Positions 53,061 through 64,000 of a stretch of DNA of 64,000 nt are shown in pieces. Both the position numbers and the translations under genes were made by a program. Origin of the DNA: Amoebidium appalachense (lineage: Eukaryota; Protista; Ichthyosporea); contig CAVNZM010000004.1 in assembly GCA_963693365.1 (NCBI GenBank), forward strand, positions 14,072,524-14,136,523. The letters run 5' to 3'. Below the pieces are notes generated by a model. The model worked only from the letters and a program-made list of their open reading frames with translations, ran no database searches and was not told the DNA's origin. Every line of letters starts with the position of its first letter. Position 1 is the first letter of the stretch.

Positions 53061-54285
53061 CACACACACACACACATATATATATATATGAGCATTTCCT
53101 ATGAGTCCAAACCCGCGGCCAGCTCTAGATGTTGTATTTTTTAGTCTTCACGTACATGTACACGTACAAATTTAACCAGCATTATTAGGAGAAGTTTGAA
53201 GAGGATGTATACGTATATATACATGAGCTTTTTCTAGAATAGGGATTTTTCATCTCAACTGTAAAAGGCCCAAACGCATGCATCATCAGGCTAATATTAG
53301 GCTCGTACATATGCATATCATCGTCACCGGGCCGACACCGGCCCAGGTTAAATTTGCTGGCGGAATTAAGGAATTCGAAAATCAGTGCGCATGCCTGTCT
53401 GCATTTAGGGTTTTAAAAGATTGCTGCAGGTTACTCATTAACTGTGTGTGTACATATGTATGCTACAATAATTGTTCATGGGGCCAGACCATCTGTTCTG
53501 GGCTGGTAGCTGTTGCCACAAGCTGCCAGGGACTTCAGCTGCCAGGGGGGCCTGGGACTTAGGCAGGTCAGGTTGGGAGGCTGGGACACTCCGGGCCGAA
53601 TTCGAAACATTATCAATCGATCCGTGACTCCTTCCCTTTGACTCCTTTGAACATGCTATGTCACGTGCACACGCATTCTTTCCCACGCCAAATCGGCCAC
53701 CAATAACAAACAGGCCTGGCACTAAGAGTTTGGAACAAGAAAGCAAATGTGTAATCTACAGATGACAAAAATGATTGGCTGGCTATGATTGCCTCCGCTT
53801 GGCATTGGCAATGTTGGCAACATCAATATGTTAGGAATAGGCAAGCGCCCAGTTGTAGACTAACTAATATTAGTGCCGCTGCGGCATAATATAAGACCCT
53901 ACTAGGCTATATGTACTCATAGTATGCATACTGTATACATACATGTACATATACATATACATACATAAAAATATGTTATAGTGTATCAGTAAAAGTAAGC
54001 TGTCTTTTGCATGAGCTGGTTGGTGGGCCCAGTGGCCCCACTCAGATTACTTGAATGTGACAGCAGGCGCCGTGAGATCACCGCGCGCCATCGGGGTCGC
54101 CATGGCAGAAATATTGTGCTGCTGCTGTAGAAAAAAACAAGCAGAAACTAGCTCAATTTAGCTGCTAAGTAGCCCTACATAATTTGTTTAGGTTCCTTCA
54201 TGAAGTTTCTATTCCCACACACGTGTGTGCATAACGCCGTTGTTCAATGATGCATTACAAAACGGTGTTGCATAATCATATACCG

Positions 54286-54526
54286 CAGGGTGTGAAATTT
54301 GTTTTAGGCTAGTGCCAATTTGGCAGCCTTCCACCAGCCTGGATGGCCCTAATAGAGCCAACAACCGTTTTTAGGTGCCAATTTCCGTATATATTTGGCC
54401 CTGTTAGGGCCAATTTTTCAGAAATTGATGGACCTAACTGTGTAGTAACCTCGAAAATTTAGGGACAATCCTCGGACCTTCAGGGACAATTTGCTGGCCC
54501 TAAACCCCCTACATTCACACAGCCTG
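54286..54526. mobile_element. hAT-like non-autonomous element (MITE), 241 bp
   Basis: Imperfect terminal inverted repeats CAGGGTGTGAAAT / (rc) CAGGCTGTGTGAAT. Flanks atataccg (54278-54285) and atatacca (54527-54534) form a 7/8 match to an 8-bp TSD. Internal repeated ggccctaa and gccaattt motifs. Confidence 0.72.
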
Positions 54527-55280
54527 ATATACCATGGAAATGGGTTAGACGGCTGCGTGATACACAGCAAATCAACTCTCAGATAACAAGATGAAGAGCT
54601 ACGATCTAGATCGTACCCTGCCAGGCTGCCACTCCAGCATACCTTTCTTCTAAATAATATCCCAGTTTCCGGCTAGCATTTTCTAAGATATTAGAGAGTT
54701 ACGATAATTACACGGCGAAGTATAAAGTAAGAATAAACGCCATTGTGATTTTTTTTTCTGTTCAATAATGAGTATCATAGATTAGCAGTATTCATTTTTT
54801 CTGATATAAAACCTCTGTGATCAAGAAATGGATTCAGATAAGTCCATTTTCACGACAGCACAAAGGTTTGATATGCCGAGATAACTAAAGTGAAAACATG
54901 GATGAGTATAGAGCCTCAGCTAATTAGAGCGGTAATTACATGGCCCAACCACAGACGGTTGAGAGCAGTGCAGCTTTGCGATAAAGAAACGTAGAGTAAA
55001 GGATTGATAAACGATCTAATTGTAAATAAAAAGATTTCAATTCAAGGTATTGTAATTTTTGTAGGTGTTAACGTTGTGGCAAGTTGTAGGCTGATCCTGC
55101 CACTGTGTATCAGCAGCCCTAATTATTTTATTCAGAGCAAATATTGCTGAGCCTGGGAGTCTTAAGGTCAAAGAGCACCTGATTGGTAGTTTGCACCACA
55201 AATGCAGCATGTAGATGTAAATAATTGATTCTAAACCAATCGTATGCATTATGGGCGTTACGAAAATGGTTATCTTTTTT

Positions 55281-55361
55281 CCAATTGGTTAGATGACCAG
55301 TAGCCAAACCAAGTCTTCATGCCGTTCATCTGCTCTCATACGCCGTCAAAACTATAAAAGG
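55281..55361 (+). promoter_or_regulatory. CCAAT and TATA elements upstream of the C2H2 gene
   Basis: CCAATTGG at 55281 and CTATAAAAGG at about 55352-55361, about 330 bp upstream of ATG 55690. Confidence 0.55.
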
Positions 55362-55689
55362 CCGCCGGTGGCCCAGTCTTCACGAAGTCAAGTAGACTTT
55401 GTGCCTTTTGTGCATTCCTAAGTCCGTATCAACCACGCAAACAGCAGAGTCACGCCGCGGCGCACCTAAACAACCCCCGGCGACCAAGCTACTACAGTAT
55501 TTATTAGCGTACACTCCACAGTGATTCCACAAAGGGTAGATATGTTCGGTAGCCGGGCAACAGGAGAACACAGGCGAAAACTAAAATATACCACACACAC
55601 CGTATGACGCAGAGTACATGACTGTAGGAATAATACAAAGGTTGTAACTTCCATACTAAATCCGACTGCAATTGATTCAATTCTTCGCT

Positions 55690-57694
55690 ATGTACCGCCA
55701 CCAGCAAGAAAACATGTTTTCGTTCGACCACATAGACTTTAGCTCGGTGGCTGTGCCCACCCCTGCAGCACGTGTTATGCACCACAACCACTCCCCCCCC
55801 CCCCTACGCAACTACGCCCGTGGGCATGGGGGGCTGGCAGCCGGTCACGGCCACACGCAGCCTACCGGCGCAGTTGGGGTCGCTCACCATCCAGCCCACG
55901 GCCACCGTGCTGCTTCCCGACGACTCGGTGGCGCTGCTTGCCTCCGTGCTGGACCTGGCCATCGGCACACAGAACTCCCTCACACTGCAGGTGCGTGCCT
56001 TCTGTCTGTTTGGAGTGTGTGGGCCCCAGAATTTTCACAGCATGCATGCACCGTAACAGCAGCACAAAACAGGAATGCATGCACACACGGCACACAGCAC
56101 ATATGGATACCACAGACGTGCACTGCATGCTCCAGCGGGTAGACACACCACGGAGTAACATAGAATGAGGCAACGTGCACTTGAACACGTCCGAAACACA
56201 CTTAGTTCACAGCAAATATTGTGTGCCACACACACAAAACACACACACAAACAAACACACACACACACACACACACATCCACCCAGACACATGCAAGCAA
56301 GAACACACGCATTACACAGACACTAAACCCCCCTCCACCCTCCCCTACCATCCCCCCCTTCTCCCCCCAAAACAAATTTAAACCAAATCAAAGAACAAAA
56401 AGGGATACCAAACACCAATCACATCTACACACTATGTGCACATCAAACATTGTGTGCGCATTTGGCAAAGCCGGAGGGACCTCAGGGTATTTGCAATTGC
56501 AGCTCACCTTACTCGGTACCCCCAGCAACACAACTCAGAGACCCTCAAATCCCCCCCCCCCCCCCCCCCCCCCCCCTTTCATGGTGTTTTTTGCTGACCC
56601 ACACATCCCCCCCCTCAGGCACAGGCCCTAGGTGTGCAGATGCAAACCACCACCCCCACTGCCTTTTCGGCACCCACCCTCCCCTCACCGGCCGTGGTAC
56701 ACCCACAGTCGACGGGGGCACAGCACCATGCCCCCCCCCGGATCCTGCCTGCAGCCGTGCCCACCGACTTTGATGCCGACTACAGGCGGAGGCACAGCTT
56801 CCCCATCTGCCCCAAACCCCCCCGCATGCGCCGGCCCAGCAGCGAGCTCAAGCGGGCCTTTGTGTGCACGGAGGAGAGCTGTGGCAAACGGTGAGTGGCC
56901 CCTCCATGTCAGGGCCAGAGCGTGCACGTGCTAATAGTAGTCCTCGTAGCATGCACAGAGAGGTTGCCCTCGTTCCCCATCCCTTATGTGCCTCAATTTT
57001 GCTCTTCCATACCCCCCCCCCCCCCCCCCCCCCCCTCCTCCACCCCCCTCCGCCTTCCCTCCCCCAGGGATTCCCCTTCTCCCTTTCCCCTCCCCCTTCC
57101 CCTTCCCCCCCCCCCCCTCCTCCCCCCCCTCGGCCTCCCCCCCCCCCCCCCCCCCAGCCTACCAAATCGTCCAGCACAGCCACTTACCCCCTCTTCCCCT
57201 GCAGATACGAAAACAGGCGCACGCTGCAGGCGCACATGCGCAAGAAGCACAACACCTCCCTGCCCCCCCAGTCCCGCCCCCTCAAGGGTGCCAGTGGCTG
57301 CCACAGCACCCCGGGGTCCATTTCATCCTCACGGGCTTCTTCGACCTGCTCCATCAACACATCGACCCCCCCACCCCCCCAAAATTCAGCATCTACCCCC
57401 CCGGCAATGGACTTCTTCTCAGCGGACTGCCTATCGCAATCCTTTGAATTTCACCCCAGGGGGTCGGGGCTCAGCCGACAGGTGTCGCAGCTCTCACACA
57501 CATCACGCACATCCGACGACACAGAGTGCGGGCAAAATGCCGCAGACATAGACGGCCTAGCCCTGGACCTTGCGGGGTTGGAAAATCTCGGCGAGTTTTT
57601 GGGCCTAGCCGTGGAGGAGTTGGACCCGGATTTTTTTAAGTTTGCCCTCTTGCCGGCCGATGGCACGGACCCAAATGCACGGGGCACAAACTAA
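55690..57694 (+). CDS. Single C2H2 zinc-finger protein (putative transcription factor)
   Basis: Exons 55690-55990, 56619 (or 56632)-56890 and 57205-57694. Spliced finger FVCTEESCGKR|YENRRTLQAHMRKKH. Ser/Pro-rich middle and acidic-hydrophobic tail (DIDGLALDLAGLENLGEFL). The exon 1 frame is ambiguous at a C11 run. Confidence 0.8.
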
Positions 57695-57847
57695 AGTGGC
57701 GGTACATTCGGAATATTTAGTTTCTCTCGCAACGAGATTTTCAACGGCTAGCGCGGGCAGTGTGGTTGCCTGCTGGGGGTGGATTCCGTATGACAGGGGC
57801 AGCACGTGGCATCAGGTGGGCGGCACACAAACACACACACGTACACA

Positions 57848-57885
<38 letters not shown>

Positions 57886-58439
57886 CGGTCATTCTGTTCA
57901 CATTGATTTCATAAAATCTTTTAGAAAGGAGGGTTGGCCTCCTATTCAAGCAATCCATAATAACGAGATAGGCAGTTACGAATTTCCGAAATATCTCTGC
58001 TTTTGGGGAGGGGGGGGGGGGGGGGGGAGGGGGGATCCTAATTTTGCAAGGAACCTGCGCTGCCTGCCGACAGGTACCCCATTATTACGCAAACTAATAT
58101 GTAATTCTTTTAGTGTATCGACCTATAGTCCTGTAATTCTAATGCCGCCATTGTAGCATTTCAGTAATTTGTGTGCAGAAATTAATCGTAGACTTGGTAA
58201 CGGTGTCCTCCACCAAGTAATTTTTAGTTTGTTGTGAATTAATTTAGTGGACACTGAATGGCTGCTGGCTATTGGCCAAAGACCGTGGTATAAAAAATGC
58301 CGCAATTAAATCCCGTTAATATTGTTTCGTGGCCTTTTCAGTACCAAAGCAGCGCACACACACAGGCACTACTCACACCCACATGCAGCGCAGCGCGCAC
58401 GTGCACATAGACATGCACAACTGTGATGTAAACTTGCAT

Positions 58440-58554
<115 letters not shown>

Positions 58555-58617
58555 CACACACACACACGTGTGCATACACCCACCCACACATACACATGAG
58601 CGCACTCACATACACGG

Positions 58618-58682
<65 letters not shown>

Positions 58683-58806
58683 ATGGTAGCATGCCTGTAC
58701 ACCCACACACACGCATACGCACACACCACTAACCCACCGACACAAGCATGTGTATGTGTAGGTGCACACACACAGTCTCACAAGCCCCCACAGGCGCGAG
58801 CGAGCG

Positions 58807-58844
<38 letters not shown>

Positions 58845-59015
58845 TATGCACACACTTGCAGACACACTCACACCTTCGCACACACGGGCAAGTCGTGTTC
58901 GCGTGTATCCTCGTGCTGAAACACACGCATGGACATGCGCACACATACCCTTTTGCACTCGTGCACACACACATACACCCTGACAGAGCAGGCGCGCTGG
59001 CGGGGTACACCGTCT

Positions 59016-59052
<37 letters not shown>

Positions 59053-59888
59053 AGCCCCTCCATCCCCCCACCCCCCCCATCCCCCACACCTCCCTCCCTC
59101 CCACTCCCGCTCTCCTCTCTCCCCTTCCCCCCTTCTCTCCTCCCTACGCTAACCTTCCCACACAGCCAAACACACGTTACCCCCTCCCCACCCTTTGGAC
59201 ATAGACGTGCACCCACACCCACACACACACCATGCCAAAACCTCTCTTTCTCTCTCTCCTCCCCCCTCCCCCCCCCCCCGCCCCCCCCCCTCCCCCCAAC
59301 CCCACGCCCCTTCCCTCCCTTCCCCCTCCCCCATGGTAGGCCTGCACGCCTCCCACACCACACCGAACAAAAACCCCAAATGCACACGCACATGAACACA
59401 CATGTATGCATTTCCACAACCACACTCACACATATGCAGAGACTCTGGGAACCATTACGTACACATACCAACACACTGTCATATAGATGAGCACACCTAC
59501 GCAGACACACACACCCGTTACATAATTTTTTACACAAGCACAAATCAACATGCACACACTGTCACACACTTGCACCCATCCTCCCCCTCGCCCCCTCCCA
59601 TCGCCACACCAATATGTACACGCACACACACACATAACAAACCCTGACCCACCAACCACCAACACCCACCCACCCACCCACCCACCCACACACCAACACG
59701 CCTGCGCACTCACCCACACATCTACCCACTTACCCACCCACCCACCCTTCCACACCCAGCCACACCCACCCACGCATCCATCCACCCACCCGCCCCCCCC
59801 CCCCCCCCCCCCCCCCACACACACACCCACACCCACACACGACACACACAAACATGCACACACACACCGTGACCAGCACATACACATA

Positions 59889-60265
59889 CACTACGGGATT
59901 TTTGGATTTGAAATGGGGAGGGGGGAGTAGTTAATATCGACGTCCGCCCTGGTGGTACCTCCCCCCCCCCCTCCGAGGGGGGGGGGAACCTACCCCCCCC
60001 CAGTGGGGGTAGCCCCCCCCCCCCCCCTTTCCAATGGTAGCCGCAGGGGTGGGTGGGTTCCCCCCCCCTCCGCCCGCCCCCCCGGGGCGCCCCCTTCTCT
60101 CCAACTGCGCATGCGTGTGTCAAGGCCAGAGTCTCTTTCCCACCTATGAAAGTTGTACCTGTATTCGTATTTTTTTTTTTTATAGAGGAATTGCTTCCGT
60201 TTAGGCCACTGATGTATGTATGCATCCCCCCCCCCCCCCCCCCCCCCCCCCCCGGGTCCCCCCTT

Positions 60266-60315
<50 letters not shown>

Positions 60316-60751
60316 GGCACACACAGATTTCCCGACCCTTCGTGCTGGTACCGGTGCTCTTCTTCTGCCGGATGCACACAGTTGTGTATCCTTTGCAAGG
60401 TCTGCTTTGTGTTGTCCACGGCAAATGTGTACGATGTATATGCTCCATAACATATTCTAACGACCCGCTCTCCCCCTTCCCCCCCCCCCCCCCCCCCCCC
60501 CCCCTCTCCCCCTCCCTCCCCCCAGCCCCCCGGTCCCTCCGGTCTCACTCCCCCCCCCTCCCCCCTCCCCCCCCCCCCCCCCCCCCTCTCCCTCGCCTTA
60601 AATATCGTTTTCTAACGATCCCTTCCCCCTCCCCCCGGCCCCCCCTCCAGCCCCACCCCCTCCCCCCTCCACAGCACTCACCTCGAGCTCCTCCCCCTCC
60701 CCCTCCCCCCACCCTCCCTCACCCTGCTCATTCACGCAAGTAAAATGCACG

Positions 60752-60782
<31 letters not shown>

Positions 60783-61379
60783 CATTGCGACGGTCAATTA
60801 TTTCTAACTTATGAATTATTGGGGGCAAGGTTATCGTGCTAACCATGCGATGTTCGTGTGCGAATCTGTGTCAGTGGCGGGGAATGTTTGTGTGTGTACG
60901 TAGTTCATACGGGTGCAGATACTTATGAATTAAATACGTGTGAAAGTCACGTGCAATTGTGCGCACGTGGTGGGGCGACTCGAGACGAGTGCGAGAGGGG
61001 GCGGGGGGGGGGGGGGGGGGGAGGGGGGGGAGGGGGGGGGGGGGGGGGGAGAGGAGGGGGGAGGGGGAGGGGCAGGGTATGACGTTTAATATGACATGAT
61101 ATAGCCTGAGTTTCAGGAGATCAAGAGTGACTTCTATGAATTGTCCTTAATGTTTACGTTTTGGAAATGTATGTAAACCGTAGGCTAAAACATACTACTA
61201 TATAATCAGATTATCATTATCTGATATAGATGGCATATGATGGCAGCCTATGGGGTGGGTGGGTCCCCCCCCCCCCCCCCCCCCCCCCCCCCTGCTACTC
61301 GGAGGGGTGGGTGTCTTCCCCCCCCCCCAACCTAGATACCACCCCCCTCCCCGTTTCAAAATCAAGAATCCCGAAAGTG
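59889..61379. mobile_element. Diverged inverted repeat pair, possibly DNA-transposon ends or two inverted copies of a dispersed repeat
   Basis: cactacgggatttttggatttgaaatggggagggggg (59889-59925) versus the reverse complement of 61341-61379, cactttcgggattcttgattttgaaacggggagggggg. Further shared motifs ccctccgag and atgg(t/c)agcc...ggggtgggtgggt. Confidence 0.45.
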
Positions 61380-61809
61380 ACCAGCACGCACACACACACA
61401 CACCTGGAACAGCCACGTAGAGAGATGCGGGATTGCACCGGTACACGTATACGTACACATGCCGGCATAACCAAACACCACCCCAGCCCACACGGGCACC
61501 CCTACACACATACTGACACACATATACACATTGCACGGGCACATGCACCACACAAACACACAAACACACACAAACACACACATACACACACACAAAGACA
61601 CACACACACACGTGCACACACACATACACACACACACACACACACCAACCCTATACCCACACAAGGACACACCCATCATTCCAGGCACGCACATGCACAG
61701 CCATGCGCAGTTACGGCACAAAAACACAAACCCACACACCTGCACTAACGTAAGCTCACACGGGGTTTCTATTTCTTTTCGTGGCGCGGGGGGGGAGGGG
61801 GGGGGGGGG

Positions 61810-61845
<36 letters not shown>

Positions 61846-62862
61846 CTGATACCAGACCAGGACAGGCCGACTTCCCCCTAGACTCCACACACCTAAAAAA
61901 ATGTGAGGGGGAGGGGGAGGGGGTGCTGCATGGGATGGCTGGGGGGGGGGGGGGGGGGGGAGGGGGCCGGAGGGAAGGGGGGAATGGATAGGTAGAAGGC
62001 ACCTTAGCCCCTCGCACGTTGATACACCTTCGTTTTGATACATTGACCTACTCATACACCGGTACCGTCTACCTGGCACGATACTATAGGGGGTCTCCTA
62101 GCTTTCCCCTCATACCAGTGTAATATATTTAGACATGACACCAAAAAAAGTAATGTGATAAACCCGTCTCGTTTCCGTATTATTACACCTTGCGTACTCA
62201 TCCACTCTGAGGCCTGATCCAATACGTAAGCAGCTACTGTATGTGGCTTCATGATCATAGGTGGTGGTTGTGGTGTGCTGGTGTCTATGTGTGTGTGTTG
62301 TGTGTGTGTGTATGATGGGTGGGTGGGTGGGTGGGTGGGGGGGGGGGGGGGGGGGGGGGGGGGAGGGAGGGTTGGGTGAGAGCAGGCGAAATGGTGTGGG
62401 GGGGAAAGGAGGTGGTGGGGGCCTGTAGTGAACATCGCATCTGTGGCAAGGGGGGACATCGCCGCGGAGCCAGGGGCGGGGGGACTGGGGGGGGGGGGGG
62501 GGAGGAGGGGGGCTGCTTTTGGGATCAAGACATGATAAAGTACCAATAATATCCCTGTCCTGTGTCTGAGCCAATAGGAGCCCACCGTTTAGTCTCCAAC
62601 CCCACCCATTTCCCCGTAGTTGTAGGCAGTCACCCTAGACCACTTGCCGCAATTTGAAATGAACCCCCACAGCCCCATGAACAGCCAGTGGTCACGTGCG
62701 CTGCCAGTGCTGCCAATCAGCACGCAGGGACTAAACCTGTGCCCATCAATTCGAAAATATTTTCTCTTACTTCCCTAGAGCTATATGCAATACGGTAGAG
62801 TGGGGCCTACCCTCCTCTCCCCCCCCCCCCCCCCGCCCCGCGACCCCCCCCCCCCCTCCTAT

Positions 62863-62937
<75 letters not shown>

Positions 62938-63474
62938 CCCCATACCGATAGTAGGGTCTTGCGATTGCAAGCACTACCATGGGCTATTTGTGGTGTAATT
63001 GCGCCATATGGGGTAAAACACCGTGCAATAGTAGCCAATAGGATACGAGCCTGCCGCTCCATATATGGATGAGGAATTCAATTAGTGCGCCTACGTGTCC
63101 TGGAGACGAAGCATACATCAGCCTGCGCTTTGTGCTGTGCAGCGAGCCGATAGTAAAGGGTTAGGGAAACGAGTGAGTTCCCGTTAACCCACAGTGTGGT
63201 GTCGTGTTGCCTTCTCCCCTATAGCTCCATTCAAAGAACCAACTTCAAAGTACACGTGTACACACAAGGGACACAACACCATTTTTTTTAATCTCTGCTT
63301 TAATTTTATCACGCGAAAACGTGGTTTATAACGTTCCAGAGTCCCTTGTAGAATTACCTGCTTGCACTTGCAAAAGAAAATGACCTTAACAGGGGGCAAG
63401 GTGGTGCCGAAATGCCCAGCGATCAACCAAATATATATAGAGACATACATGTGGGAAATTTAGGAGCTCGAGCC

Positions 63475-63509
<35 letters not shown>

Positions 63510-64000
63510 AGGGGTAATAACTATAATAATTAATGAATAATCAATACTATAATGATGATGAAGGTCTTATGAGAGTCACGTAGGAAGGGGAAGAAGGGTG
63601 GGGGGTGGGGGGCGGGGTGGGCATACATGAAGGGTTGATTGACCCCCTTCCCCCCCCCCCTCCACCCCCCTCCCGGGATCCCCCCTCCCCCCCCCTCCCC
63701 CCTTCGGGGGGACCCAGAACCACTCCCACTCAGCTGTGCCCCTCTGGGCCCTAATTGACCACCGCAACTGACTGTATGGTGGTACTCTACTCGCATCTCC
63801 ACGGCGAGCTGATTCGAATACGTCCTTTGGTTCTTGTTATGATAGAATAGTCTATCTGTTTATTCCTGCTCTTCCCAGTCATGTACTTAGCCTGTTCCCG
63901 CCTATCCCGCCCCCGCGTACTTGGGGACCGCCTGGGGCCGCATACGCCAGGAACCACAACTGCCTTCCTATTGGCTAGTACATAACCCCGATCTATCCTG

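Noticed and set aside
60001-60211. CAGTGG...CCACTG as hAT MITE ends
   Set aside because: Only about 6 bp of inverted match, and the flanks show no target-site duplication.
62052-62585. 177-aa minus-strand ORF
   Set aside because: Largely low-complexity, with no motif or consistent exon structure that I could support.

Overview
Intron-rich eukaryotic genomic DNA, saturated with poly-G/poly-C, (CA)n/(TG)n and (GA)n tracts. Most ORF-track entries are low-complexity artefacts. Manual splicing (GT-AG, phase-checked) recovers these genes: an SmgGDS/RAP1GDS1-like armadillo protein (-), head-to-head with methionine aminopeptidase 1 (+); a secreted proteinase-K-type S8 subtilase with a Thr-rich linker and a small Cys module (+); a UNE2/spinster-like MFS transporter (-) with two single-base homopolymer frameshifts; a TACO1/YebC protein (-); a CBM21 protein with an RVxF-like motif (-); a single-finger C2H2 protein (+); and an intronless orphan ORF boxed by direct repeats next to a 31-bp array. 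The most striking pattern is that intronic minisatellites are built from splice signals: 33 branch-point copies (32 with AG acceptors) in the SmgGDS gene, 7 donor copies in MetAP1, and 10 AG-free branch/pyrimidine copies in the MFS gene. Also present are a hAT-like MITE with an 8-bp target-site duplication and a tRNA-like relic. Gene content, CTRAY branch points and E2F sites suggest a unicellular opisthokont, but this is inference only. No database searches were run.
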